From: an uncultured virus (IMG/VR IMGVR_UViG_3300034062_003925)
Taxonomy: Duplodnaviria; Heunggongvirae; Uroviricota; Caudoviricetes
DNA: 64,000 nt
Reading direction: 5' to 3' (one strand)
IMG/VR virus record: IMGVR_UViG_3300034062_003925
Location: 1-64,000 of that record
Shown: positions 48,925-58,519 of the stretch, in pieces
Position numbering within the stretch: the first letter of the stretch is position 1
Layout: each line of letters starts with the position of its first letter
The notes under the pieces: model-generated
Told to the model about the DNA's origin: nothing
Seen by the model: the letters and a program-made list of their open reading frames with translations, nothing else
Database searches by the model: none
Program-made: the position numbers and the translations under genes

Positions 48925-50310
48925 ATGAGAATTACATCACTATTATCTAATTTAATCTTGGAACAATCAAGATTTCAAGTATTATTTGACAAAATGGTTA
49001 AGCCGCCTGTTAGTCCTGATAAGAAAAAGACTAAGGCAAAAGGTTTAATGGACTTCGAAACATTAAAAACAATTATATTTGCTGACCCAACAACTAAAGC
49101 TCCTGAAGGATTTAACGTTGAAGGTGCTACAGAAAATGATATGGAACCTGTCAAAGTTGGAAAATATGCTCAATGGTTATTGAAAAACTTTGTTAATCCT
49201 AGTATGTCTGAATTAGAATTACCTGCGGACCAAGAAATTGACCGTGATAGTAAAGTATATAAAAACGCTACTATGGAATTCAGAAAATTGTTCCTTGAGG
49301 ATTTATATAAGACTACTGATGATTTGAAAAAATTTGAAAGAGCGAAAGCGTATCTTCCACAAGAACAAAGAGATATTAATAAGTTCACACCAAGAACTTT
49401 ATTTGATACGTTACAAAATTTCCAAATCCCCGAAAAGAAAAAAGCGGAGATGGAGAAAAAAGAAGCTAAGAAATCGAGAGAAGGATTCAATCACGCGGGT
49501 GGTGAGATTATTTACGAAGGTCCTAAGTGGACAATGATTCGTATTAAGGACCAAGGTCAAGTTGGTAAAGATGCTGCTATTTATTATGGTGGTTTCCATG
49601 AATATGACCAAGGAGAATCAAGATGGTGTACATCATCACCAGGTTTATCTTATTTCAACGGATACATTAAAGATGGTCCATTATATGTAATATTCCCTAA
49701 CGATGATAAAGGGTTAGTTGGTAAAAAGACAGGATTACCTCAAGAGAGATTCCAATTCCATTTTCCATCAAATCAATATATGGATAGACATGATAGACAA
49801 ATCAATCTTGTTGAATATCTAAACGGACCTATGTCTGATTTAAAAGAGTTCTTTAAACCTGAGTTCGCAAAAGGTTTGGTTAACGCAGCTGGTACTAAAG
49901 TTGAAATTAACTATCCTGACAGTTCGGCAGGTAAATTCGTTGCGTTATACGGATTTGATGATTTATTCGACAGTTTACCTCAAAATATTGAACATTTATT
50001 GATTAATAATAAATCTAAAGAAGATATTGCGTTAGTTGTACCTGAGTCATTAGGTCGATTTACATCATTACAAGCGTTGTTATTACAAAATATTGTTAAG
50101 TCATTACCTGAAAGTATTGGTAAATTAACTAACTTAAATTTCTTAGCTTTACCTAATAACAAACACTTAGTTTCATTACCTGTTGGAATCGGTAATATTG
50201 ATGGGTTAGCTTTTATTAACTTGAAAGACAGTAACCCTAATGTTAAGATACCACCAGCATTACAAGAAAAATTAAGTAATGAAGGTAATGGATTTTATTA
50301 TGTGACTTAA
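48925..50310 (+). CDS. Putative head-internal protein with C-terminal leucine-rich repeats
   Basis: VPESLGRFTSLQAL / LPESIGKLTNLNFL / LPVGIGNIDGLAFI LRRs, an RWCTS..YF..Y...GPLY motif, and an upstream TATTTAT. Confidence 0.7.
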   Translation: MRITSLLSNLILEQSRFQVLFDKMVKPPVSPDKKKTKAKGLMDFETLKTIIFADPTTKAPEGFNVEGATENDMEPVKVGKYAQWLLKNFVNPSMSELELPADQEIDRDSKVYKNATMEFRKLFLEDLYKTTDDLKKFERAKAYLPQEQRDINKFTPRTLFDTLQNFQIPEKKKAEMEKKEAKKSREGFNHAGGEIIYEGPKWTMIRIKDQGQVGKDAAIYYGGFHEYDQGESRWCTSSPGLSYFNGYIKDGPLYVIFPNDDKGLVGKKTGLPQERFQFHFPSNQYMDRHDRQINLVEYLNGPMSDLKEFFKPEFAKGLVNAAGTKVEINYPDSSAGKFVALYGFDDLFDSLPQNIEHLLINNKSKEDIALVVPESLGRFTSLQALLLQNIVKSLPESIGKLTNLNFLALPNNKHLVSLPVGIGNIDGLAFINLKDSNPNVKIPPALQEKLSNEGNGFYYVT

Positions 50311-50339
50311 TTTTAATACCTTTATAAAAAAGTAGTGTT

Positions 50340-50630
50340 ATGAGTAATATTGATATTAATATATATGTAAACCAATTGATAACTTTTTTTGATAAGAATC
50401 CTAATGATTTAATCGACCTTATTGGTGATTTATTGAAAGAATCTTTTTATGAAAAAGTTAGGGAACAATGTATAAAGAATAGTGAAGTTGGTGATGAAGT
50501 TTCATTAACTCAGAAACAGATTATCAATATTGTTGTTGAACTTAAAAAGGTTAAGTCAATTGAGTATGATAAAACCAAATTACATAGTATCGTACAAGAA
50601 ACCAAATTCGGTTCAATTTTTTTAAATTAG
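50340..50630 (+). CDS. Hypothetical protein
   Basis: Clean ORF. Confidence 0.6.
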   Translation: MSNIDINIYVNQLITFFDKNPNDLIDLIGDLLKESFYEKVREQCIKNSEVGDEVSLTQKQIINIVVELKKVKSIEYDKTKLHSIVQETKFGSIFLN

Positions 50631-50631
50631 T

Positions 50632-50662
50632 TTTGTTTTAATTGAAAATTAGTGTATTTTTG
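50632..50662 (+). promoter_or_regulatory. Bacteroidota primary-sigma promoter TTTG-N19-TATTTTTG
   Basis: Exact consensus match upstream of the DUF932 gene. Confidence 0.7.
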
Positions 50663-50687
50663 TATTCTAATATTAAAACAGAAACAT

Positions 50688-51443
50688 ATGATGACTATCG
50701 AACAAATTAAATCTACCGCACCTGCAATCTTCTCAACCACACCATCACCTAAAATGTCCGACAAGTATGTTTTCGTACCTACCATGGATATCTTGGAGAA
50801 CTTCCAAAAACAAGGGTGGGAACTTTCATCTGTAAAACAAACTGGCCGTAAGGTTCACGGTGTCCACGAACTAAGACTTCGTAATGGAGAACTTCCAAAA
50901 GTTGGGGACTGTTTGGTTGAGGCAATCATCCGTAATTCACATAATGGTATGGCTACCTTCTCTGTAAGTGCTGGACTTCATAGATTGGTTTGTAGTAACG
51001 GTTTAACTGTTCCTACGTCACTTTCAGAATCATTTAACCTTAGACACCAAAGATTCAATTTGGATGAGGTAAAACAACTTACAGATAGTTTTGCGGGACG
51101 TTTACCACTTATCCAATCATCGGTTGACCGAATGATGAGTAAGGAGTTAACAACACCTGAAAAAATTAAGTTTGTTAAACAAGCAATCAATGTCCGTTGG
51201 AAAACTGGTACAGTACCGGCAAGTTTGGATGTTATGGCAATCATGTATCCTAAACGAGAAGAGGACAACAAGAACGACCTATGGACAGTATTCAACGTGA
51301 TTCAAGAGAACTTTATTAGTGGTGGTCTTGAATACAAATCAAATCGTGGGAGAACCACAACATTGAAAGGATTAAAAGATATTATGGTGGTTAATAAAAT
51401 TAACACCAAACTTTGGGAGCTAGCTGAACAATTTTCATATTAA
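50688..51443 (+). CDS. DUF932/DUF945-family protein
   Basis: APAIF...S.KY.F.PT..I, NSHNG, GLHRLVCSNGL and DLWTVFNVIQEN...N.KLWELAE. The start is likely at 50688. Confidence 0.85.
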   Translation: MMTIEQIKSTAPAIFSTTPSPKMSDKYVFVPTMDILENFQKQGWELSSVKQTGRKVHGVHELRLRNGELPKVGDCLVEAIIRNSHNGMATFSVSAGLHRLVCSNGLTVPTSLSESFNLRHQRFNLDEVKQLTDSFAGRLPLIQSSVDRMMSKELTTPEKIKFVKQAINVRWKTGTVPASLDVMAIMYPKREEDNKNDLWTVFNVIQENFISGGLEYKSNRGRTTTLKGLKDIMVVNKINTKLWELAEQFSY

Positions 51444-51448
51444 TACAA

Positions 51449-51472
51449 GGAGGGGAGTTTCCCCTCCATTTT
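51449..51472 (+). terminator. Intrinsic terminator
   Basis: ggagggga-gtt-tcccctcc followed by atttt. Confidence 0.8.
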
Positions 51473-51482
51473 ATAATTACCT

Positions 51483-53255
51483 ATGGCGGATATATATAAA
51501 TTTACACATTCTATTTATACTACAAATATGTTTAAAAACTATAATGAGTATAACGAAAACCTTGAGACTGAGGAGTTTAGTGTTGAGAATGAGGATAACC
51601 TTTTTGGCATGCCTGTGGTTAAAACGAGAGACAGTGAGATGTATAGTTCAAAACATCCTAAATGGACTTTTGATAAATCGTTATATACTGAGGAAGATTT
51701 TGTTGAAAACTATGGTAATCCTATGGCATCTGTTAACATTTATCGACCAACAGTTGTTGTAACTAAAGATGATAAGAAAGTTGCGATTAAATTTTTTGAA
51801 TATCAAAGAACTCGGATGCGGGGTAAACCTTATTTCAGAGTGTCGACCAAGGTAAAGTACATAACATTCAATTACATAACTCATTCCCTATATTCTGGAC
51901 ATATAATTAATTACCATAAGAAAAGGAAGTTCACTAAAAGAGTTAAACGTAATTGTTTTTATGATGGTTCTCTTAATGGAATGTTGGGTGTATTGTCTAA
52001 TATGGTTAGATTTGTCTTAGAAAAGACTCCTGAACTATTAATTAATAATACTGTTGTAAACGATGTGATTACACATTTTATAGACAACATCCCTAATACT
52101 GAGAAATATAAAATGTATACACCTAATGAGGTTTTATTTAAACTGTATTTAGATGGACATAAAATAAAATCCCCAAATAATTGGAATACATTTATTAACA
52201 TTTATCCTCAACCTAAAAAGAAAGATTATGTTAAACATAAATTGAAGTTCATGGATGCGTTTATGTTTATTCATGGGTTACAGGGTGATAAGATTAAGAG
52301 AGTATTACATAAGGTTACTGACATTAAAGGCTTGGAGTTTTTCAAGTTTACGAATGATTTTTTTGGTAAGGAATTCATGGCGTCTCAAGACGATAAATTA
52401 ATCCAAGATATTGTTGAATGTAACCTATATATTAACGGAGGAATGACGGGGTATTTAAAAAACTTATCTAAGAGAGAGAAAAATAATTCTTTTGAGGTGT
52501 TTAAACAAGTTCTACGTGGTGATGTGGATATAAACACATACTATGACCATTTTAGAATGATAAACCAATTACGTCAATTTGAACCTGTTAAGTGGGATGC
52601 TAAAGACTACGACAGTTTTACAAATGAACATATGGTTTTGAGTGATAAGATTTCTTTTTACACTAAGGGAACATTCGAAAGAATATATGGTGAAGAGTTT
52701 ACAAATAGAGTGCAAGAACCTCTTAATATTGATGGTGTTACCTATTATCCAGTATTATTAAAAACGTCTGAGGAGTATAATATGGAGTCTTTTATACAAT
52801 CTAACTGTGTTAAAGGATATGTTGACAGAGCACCGTCACTAATCATTTCTTTTAGAGAAGGTAGTCAAGATTCTAAAGTAAGGGCGACAATTGAATTTAC
52901 TATTTCTGAGGAGAATAAGTTAAAACGTATACAAACTTTAGGTAGGTTTAATAAAGGGTTAGATGATGAATGGAAAAAACCCTTAATAATGTTGGATTTA
53001 AAAATAGGTAAATTAATGTCGGCCAAATTATTTGAATTACCTGGTGTTATTTTAAAAATTGGTTATAAGGAATTTAAATCGGGGTCACATTTTGTTGATA
53101 AACCACACTACCTATTCAACGGGTCACAACCAACAAAAGTATTGGATTGGGAAGACCCAAGAATAAACAACAGACCGACTAATAACTATGGAAACCTACC
53201 ATTTCCTCAAATTTTGGAAGAACCTTTACCTTTATTAGAAAATGATTTAGATTAA
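51483..53255 (+). CDS. PcfJ-like domain protein
   Basis: C-terminal E...ES..QSNCVKGY...IISFR...RATIEF...IQ.LGRFN pattern. Confidence 0.65.
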   Translation: MADIYKFTHSIYTTNMFKNYNEYNENLETEEFSVENEDNLFGMPVVKTRDSEMYSSKHPKWTFDKSLYTEEDFVENYGNPMASVNIYRPTVVVTKDDKKVAIKFFEYQRTRMRGKPYFRVSTKVKYITFNYITHSLYSGHIINYHKKRKFTKRVKRNCFYDGSLNGMLGVLSNMVRFVLEKTPELLINNTVVNDVITHFIDNIPNTEKYKMYTPNEVLFKLYLDGHKIKSPNNWNTFINIYPQPKKKDYVKHKLKFMDAFMFIHGLQGDKIKRVLHKVTDIKGLEFFKFTNDFFGKEFMASQDDKLIQDIVECNLYINGGMTGYLKNLSKREKNNSFEVFKQVLRGDVDINTYYDHFRMINQLRQFEPVKWDAKDYDSFTNEHMVLSDKISFYTKGTFERIYGEEFTNRVQEPLNIDGVTYYPVLLKTSEEYNMESFIQSNCVKGYVDRAPSLIISFREGSQDSKVRATIEFTISEENKLKRIQTLGRFNKGLDDEWKKPLIMLDLKIGKLMSAKLFELPGVILKIGYKEFKSGSHFVDKPHYLFNGSQPTKVLDWEDPRINNRPTNNYGNLPFPQILEEPLPLLENDLD

Positions 53256-53259
53256 TAAT

Positions 53260-53571
53260 ATGGAAACTATACCAAAACATTGTATCGATATTTTTATAGA
53301 TAAGTTTAAATCTTATCCCTCGGTTATCGAACTTAACCTAAGTAAGACTAGAGAATCAATCAATAAGTTTTTAAGTAAGTCTGAGTTAGTTTGGATTAAC
53401 GAATTTATAGGTGATGATAATAAAAAACATACGAAAGAAAAATTTGTAATTTACGATTCAACAGGAATCATGATATATATAAATGAAGAGTTAACTCTAT
53501 TTATCTTAACCACAATTGATAGATATGAAGTGGCTGAATTCTCAATACAAACATTAAAAAGATTAAAATAA
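53260..53571 (+). CDS. Hypothetical protein
   Basis: Clean ORF. Confidence 0.55.
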   Translation: METIPKHCIDIFIDKFKSYPSVIELNLSKTRESINKFLSKSELVWINEFIGDDNKKHTKEKFVIYDSTGIMIYINEELTLFILTTIDRYEVAEFSIQTLKRLK

Positions 53572-53575
53572 TATT

Positions 53576-53899
53576 ATGGAAATTACTAGTGAAGAATTAA
53601 AACAAAAAATTGAAAATGGGGAAAAGTTAATGGTTGACTTCTGGGCCCCATGGTGTGGACCATGCCGTGTAATGAAACCTATGTTTGAAAAAGTTTCGGA
53701 ACAATACAGAAATGAAAATTCGGAAGTTCAATTATTCACATTAAATGTTGAAGAGAATAAAGAATTTTCATCATCGTTAGGTATTAGAGCAATTCCTACG
53801 GTAAAATTATTTTCAGGTGGTAAAGAAGTTCATACTCAATCAGGTATTCAAATGGAACCACAAATTAAACAATTAATAAACAATTTAATCAATGGATAA
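53576..53899 (+). CDS. trxA: Thioredoxin
   Basis: VDFWAPWCGPCR and IRAIPT. Confidence 0.95.
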   Translation: MEITSEELKQKIENGEKLMVDFWAPWCGPCRVMKPMFEKVSEQYRNENSEVQLFTLNVEENKEFSSSLGIRAIPTVKLFSGGKEVHTQSGIQMEPQIKQLINNLING

Positions 53900-54176
53900 T
53901 TTAGTAATATTGTATACCATGAAAGGGTGTCCTTTTTGTGATATGATGAAAGAACAATTAGTTGAGGAAAACATTGAATATTATGAACGTGATATTGATG
54001 AACATGATGAAGAACATAAACTATTTGTTGAGGTAACAGGTAGTGATTATGTTCCGGCATTTATGATTGTGGAGGGTCATGAGAGTGAGATACCTATATC
54101 ACACGTCTTCGCTCCTGAGATACACTTCAATGAAATTACTGAAGGAGTTGAAATTATTAAAAAATATATGTTGTAA
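53892..54176 (+). CDS. Glutaredoxin-like (NrdH-like) protein
   Basis: LYTMKGCPFC...VPAF. Confidence 0.85.
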   Translation: MDNLVILYTMKGCPFCDMMKEQLVEENIEYYERDIDEHDEEHKLFVEVTGSDYVPAFMIVEGHESEIPISHVFAPEIHFNEITEGVEIIKKYML

Positions 54177-54193
54177 CCTTTTAAATAATTAAG

Positions 54194-54724
54194 ATGACCC
54201 TTAATTTTAATAAAAATGGAGTTACCCATACGCCATTAAATCAATGGGAATTATCTGATGGGACTTTTTTAGTAATTTATCAAGGTAGTCGAGGAGATAA
54301 CCCTGAGTTAGATTTTATTATCAAATATAAATCAACAAAGATAAAGTCACGTTTACGGGCGCCATCTCACACACATTGGATTGTTGACCTAATCGTTAAG
54401 TCTGAATATTCTCCTAGTGACATCTCTAACTACATTAAAGAATGGATTGAGATTTACGATAAGGTCGAACCGTTTTCAACTAAAGAAGAACGAAATGAAT
54501 ATAAACTTCTTTATAATGAATATTTCACTGAGAAGTATGATTTGTTAGATAATACGGGAGCGTTTAGTATAGAGTTCTTATCAGGATTAATGGAGTTGTT
54601 CATCAAGTGTGAGAAACAAACTAAAAATGCTTTCATGTTTAAAAATCTATTAAACTTAATGAAGGAATATTGTGATGGGACTAAGGATTTCTATCAGGTT
54701 ATTTCTTATTCTAAACGAGTTTAA
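54194..54724 (+). CDS. Hypothetical protein
   Basis: ORF with RAPSHTHWIVDL. No family recognised. Confidence 0.6.
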   Translation: MTLNFNKNGVTHTPLNQWELSDGTFLVIYQGSRGDNPELDFIIKYKSTKIKSRLRAPSHTHWIVDLIVKSEYSPSDISNYIKEWIEIYDKVEPFSTKEERNEYKLLYNEYFTEKYDLLDNTGAFSIEFLSGLMELFIKCEKQTKNAFMFKNLLNLMKEYCDGTKDFYQVISYSKRV

Positions 54725-55551
54725 AATAAGACTATATCTGAACTTCTATCTTTAACTAACCACGGCTTGGAAAATAATTGAGTCTCAATTTCTGTGGTTA
54801 AATTATAGTCCTCTAAAAACATACTTTGGAACTTCCCAAGATTAAAATCAAATACATCTAAAATTAAAGATTTGATTTTTTCTTTACTATAAATTGAGTT
54901 TGAATTAACTGAAATGATTAAATCTTCATCATCGTTTTTTTGTTTTGTAATCATAAACTCCATTCTATCGGTTGCTAACGAAGCAAAGAGGTGATTACAA
55001 ACATATTCAGAATAAAATAATTCCAACCTGCCCATATTCAAACTATATCCGTATGGAAACTCTGATGATACTGACATAAATTCTGTGGTGTTATATGTGT
55101 CTAAGTTTGTGTAGTTATAAGGATAATCAAACTCTAACTCAAGTCGGTTAGTATAATTAATTGAATTAAGGTGACTCTGTTTATAATGACTTTCTAATCC
55201 ACTTCTTACTTGATTAATAGTATGTTGATGATATAATGGTCTCTCACTATTATAAAGGTCAAAATAGTGGTCTAATTGACCAATAGGTTCTTTGTATTCA
55301 ATGATGTCTATAAGGTTAATCTGTTTAACTCCTAAAGAAGTTAAGACCTCTTTGTTTTCTTTGTAAAAAGATTCTTTGATTACCGATAAGTCTAATATTT
55401 TATCTGAGTTGGTATTACCATTGACAACATAAAATGTTTTAAAGTCGGTTACCTGTAATCGGGTTGTTTTTGATTTATCTATTTGACTTAAAATATAATC
55501 GGCTAATTTGTTAACAATACCTCTTCTTGAATTTGGGTTAATATATCTCAT
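54721..55551 (-). CDS. Degenerate S-adenosylmethionine synthetase (MetK)-like protein
   Basis: The N- and C-terminal segments parallel MetK (NKLADYILSQ..YVVNG.T...LDL..I; LILDVFDFN...KPW), but the GHPDK, GAGDQG and GKD motifs are absent. Confidence 0.45.
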   Translation of the reverse strand: MRYINPNSRRGIVNKLADYILSQIDKSKTTRLQVTDFKTFYVVNGNTNSDKILDLSVIKESFYKENKEVLTSLGVKQINLIDIIEYKEPIGQLDHYFDLYNSERPLYHQHTINQVRSGLESHYKQSHLNSINYTNRLELEFDYPYNYTNLDTYNTTEFMSVSSEFPYGYSLNMGRLELFYSEYVCNHLFASLATDRMEFMITKQKNDDEDLIISVNSNSIYSKEKIKSLILDVFDFNLGKFQSMFLEDYNLTTEIETQLFSKPWLVKDRSSDIVLF

Positions 55552-55607
55552 ACACATTTATTATGTGAAATTAATAGTTAAAAAAAAGACAATGTTAAAT
55601 AGATTAT

Positions 55608-55633
55608 AAAAAAAAAGAGGGATAAACCCTCTT
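55608..55633 (-). terminator. Intrinsic terminator for the minus-strand small gene
   Basis: aagaggg-ataaa-ccctctt with an A run on the left, giving a U run on the minus strand. Confidence 0.75.
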
Positions 55634-55655
55634 CAATTCTGATAATGTAACAATA

Positions 55656-55799
55656 TTACTTTTTATTGTAATACTTCTCAACTACTTTCTTGATTGACTC
55701 TTGAATAGTAGGGGATTTAACTTGTTGAGATTGGCTAGGTTGAGCACTTTGTGCTGGTTTAGCCTGAGTTCCATTATTTTTGTTTTTACATCCGCACAT
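55656..55799 (-). CDS. Small protein (47 aa) missed by the ORF track
   Basis: MCGCKNKNNGTQAKPAQSAQPSQSQQVKSPTIQESIKKVVEKYYNKK*, with TATTTAT motifs upstream and a terminator downstream. Confidence 0.7.
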   Translation of the reverse strand: MCGCKNKNNGTQAKPAQSAQPSQSQQVKSPTIQESIKKVVEKYYNKK

Positions 55800-55913
55800 G
55801 GTAAATTATTTTTAAAGGTTTATTTTTAGTTTTATTATATAAATAAATATCTCCAATAATCTTAATTTGTAAATAAAATCAATTATTTTATTAATTACAA
55901 GGTATTTATTAAT

Positions 55914-57326
55914 ATGAGAAAAAAAATCATACTAACTGAAAGTAAACTACGTAAGATAGTTAGGAATATAGTTGAACAGGTAGAAGACGAGTTTTATAAA
56001 ATAAGTCCTGAAGAGTATGTGGAGTTAATGAAGTTATCTGGGTATCATGGGAAAGGAATTAGTAAGTTACCAAAGTTCCAAGGTAAACCATTATGGATAA
56101 CAGGAGATTTAAACCTTAGTCATACACCAACGGATTCCTTAGGTAATGTTGGATATATTGAAGGTTCGTTAAATATTGCTAATACAAACATATCAGATAT
56201 TTCAGGTATAGAGGTGAAAAGATATGTTTGGGATAGTGACACACCAATCGAAAGAAAAAGAAAGGCTCGTGAATTAGCCATAAAAATGGCGGATGGTGAG
56301 GAAAGAAGACAGAATAATGAATGGTCGATAGATGATATGGATGATGAAGGTCTTAAAGCCAATGCGTTATTTAAATGGTTAGTAAGTGAAGGTGAGATTA
56401 AAGAGTTGGACGATGAACAAAAAGAAACACTTAAAAATTTAAAGATTGAATTAGAACGATTAACTGAGGAATACGACAAAGAAGAGGAGTCTGATAGATA
56501 TAATCAATTGAATGATAGGATTAGTGAGATTGAAGATGAAATAAGTGAATTGGAAGAAGACACTGCGGATGTTTATAATATATTTCCAACCACATATAAG
56601 TTCTATGGTATGGGACAATTTGAGGTTATTGGTGTGGATGACTTAGTGAATAGAATGTATACTGTAGGTACGGACTCGGAAATGGAAGAAGGGGCTTTAG
56701 ATTACGCTGAAGGGTTTGTTGATGAGGTAGGTGTCGAAGGATTAAATAAAAGTTTTATTGAAGACCATATTGATACAGATTATCTTAAAAGTTATGTTGA
56801 AGATTATTATGAGGATGATATTTGGCAAAATCCTGATGTATACTTTAATGATGATGATTTTGAACTAACTACAGAACAAGAAGAACGACAAGAACATTTG
56901 GAAACTTATATTGAAGAGTTAGACGAATATATTGAAAGAATGGAAGAACAACAATCTGATTTAGAGGATGAGATTGAAGATGCTGACGAATATTCACAAA
57001 GACATGATGAGATTCAAAAAATGATTGATGACGCGACAGAGAATCGTGATAAAGCCCAAGATGAATTAGATAATATTGAACCAGATAAAGAACCAACTCA
57101 AGAAATGGTTGACAAAGTTGTTGAGGGTAGAGTTAATGATGCGTTGTATAACCCAATATCGTTTATTAATGACTGGGGTTTAGATATTAAAAATTTTATT
57201 GATGAAAAAGAATTAGCTCAAGCGTTAGTTGATACTGATGGATGGGGGGTTATGAATGGTTATGATGGTAGTTACGATTCGGAAAGTTTTAACGGTGAAA
57301 CATATTATATCATGAGAGTTGAGTAA
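55914..57326 (+). CDS. Highly acidic putative head-internal protein with short LRR-like repeats
   Basis: N-terminal KKIILTESKLRKIV, GDLNLSHTP.DSLG / GSLNIANTNISDI repeats, and a D/E-dominated C-terminal two thirds. Confidence 0.7.
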   Translation: MRKKIILTESKLRKIVRNIVEQVEDEFYKISPEEYVELMKLSGYHGKGISKLPKFQGKPLWITGDLNLSHTPTDSLGNVGYIEGSLNIANTNISDISGIEVKRYVWDSDTPIERKRKARELAIKMADGEERRQNNEWSIDDMDDEGLKANALFKWLVSEGEIKELDDEQKETLKNLKIELERLTEEYDKEEESDRYNQLNDRISEIEDEISELEEDTADVYNIFPTTYKFYGMGQFEVIGVDDLVNRMYTVGTDSEMEEGALDYAEGFVDEVGVEGLNKSFIEDHIDTDYLKSYVEDYYEDDIWQNPDVYFNDDDFELTTEQEERQEHLETYIEELDEYIERMEEQQSDLEDEIEDADEYSQRHDEIQKMIDDATENRDKAQDELDNIEPDKEPTQEMVDKVVEGRVNDALYNPISFINDWGLDIKNFIDEKELAQALVDTDGWGVMNGYDGSYDSESFNGETYYIMRVE

Positions 57327-57371
57327 CTCTATTTATTTATTGTAAAACTTTATTTATATTTTTTTAGTAAA

Positions 57372-58163
57372 ATGAGTATGGTTAGAAAAAATAAATTAAA
57401 GTTTGTGATGGATACAGATTGGTTATTTGAAGGAGTTATCGATTCCGAACAAAAACAATATATCTTACTTGGATATTTCCAAAAACTAAATAAAAATCTT
57501 GAGGAGATGAAGGTGTACCCTATGTTCACCGAACTATCCCTACATTTAGGGAATATACAAACTTTACTTAATCAAAATCAAATTTTATATACTGAAAAAA
57601 TTTTATCGTCCTTTGACGATGAGTTAATGTTATCTGACCTTAAGGTTAAGAATATTCCTGTCATGGCTGAAGATGAGTTTTTGGAATATCAAAAGATTCT
57701 AAAATATAGTCACCCAAAATTACTGGATTATTTTGGAATAACTAAGTCAATATGGTCTATTGTGTACGACTCAATAAATATTAATGTTAAAAAAAACAAG
57801 AACAATTTAGAATCAAAAATTGGATTTTTTTACTATAAGACTAAAGAAGTCTTATATGTTTGGAGATATAATACAAGAAAAATGTCCAAAACAGATATAC
57901 AAAGTAAAACATTTTTGAAATTAATATATCAAGGTAAAGAAGATGATTTGACAATTAACGATATTATCCTTAATTTTTTATCAACTAAAGAAAAAGTTAA
58001 GACCCATAAATTTCCATTATTTGAAGTTTTGTGTGATGAGATATTCCCTTTAGAGGAAACACTGGTTCCGATATTCAAAAGGAAGATTATGTCTTACATT
58101 ATTCAGACAGTTAAAAAAGAAAATAATCAAACTAAAAAAATATTATTAAATGGGGTTCAATAA
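57372..58163 (+). CDS. Hypothetical protein (Bacteroidota-like conserved unknown)
   Basis: DW..EG.ID.E.KQY.LL.Y...YP...PLEETL.PI.KR pattern. Confidence 0.6.
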   Translation: MSMVRKNKLKFVMDTDWLFEGVIDSEQKQYILLGYFQKLNKNLEEMKVYPMFTELSLHLGNIQTLLNQNQILYTEKILSSFDDELMLSDLKVKNIPVMAEDEFLEYQKILKYSHPKLLDYFGITKSIWSIVYDSININVKKNKNNLESKIGFFYYKTKEVLYVWRYNTRKMSKTDIQSKTFLKLIYQGKEDDLTINDIILNFLSTKEKVKTHKFPLFEVLCDEIFPLEETLVPIFKRKIMSYIIQTVKKENNQTKKILLNGVQ

Positions 58164-58347
58164 AAGAATTGTTACATTAGAAAATATAAAAGAATTTTTA
58201 AAAAACGAATATTCGTTATCAAAAGTTTTTTCTGCCGATGCTTTAATCTTTACTGATGATGCGTCCACAAAAATATTCAAACTATATGAAAAAGGTGTTG
58301 AAGATAAAGAAATTTTAAAAATGATTGAGAATGGAGAAATTGTTTAA
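58150..58347 (+). CDS. Hypothetical small protein
   Basis: Coupled ORF starting MGFNKR. Confidence 0.55.
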   Translation: MGFNKRIVTLENIKEFLKNEYSLSKVFSADALIFTDDASTKIFKLYEKGVEDKEILKMIENGEIV

Positions 58348-58519
58348 TACTAAATTACTTTTTTCAAAATTAAGACAACCATTGGATTTGAAATTTATCA
58401 GTTCTAATATCTTAAAGACGAATCAATTTGAGGCTAAAGAATATTTGGATGGTTTGGTTGAAGATGGAATCCTTAGTAAAGAAAATAATTACTACACTAT
58501 AAAAAATAAAAACAAATGA
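58331..58519 (+). CDS. Small winged-helix-like protein
   Basis: EAKEYLDGLVEDGILSKENNYY resembles a wHTH recognition helix and wing. Confidence 0.5.
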   Translation: MEKLFNTKLLFSKLRQPLDLKFISSNILKTNQFEAKEYLDGLVEDGILSKENNYYTIKNKNK

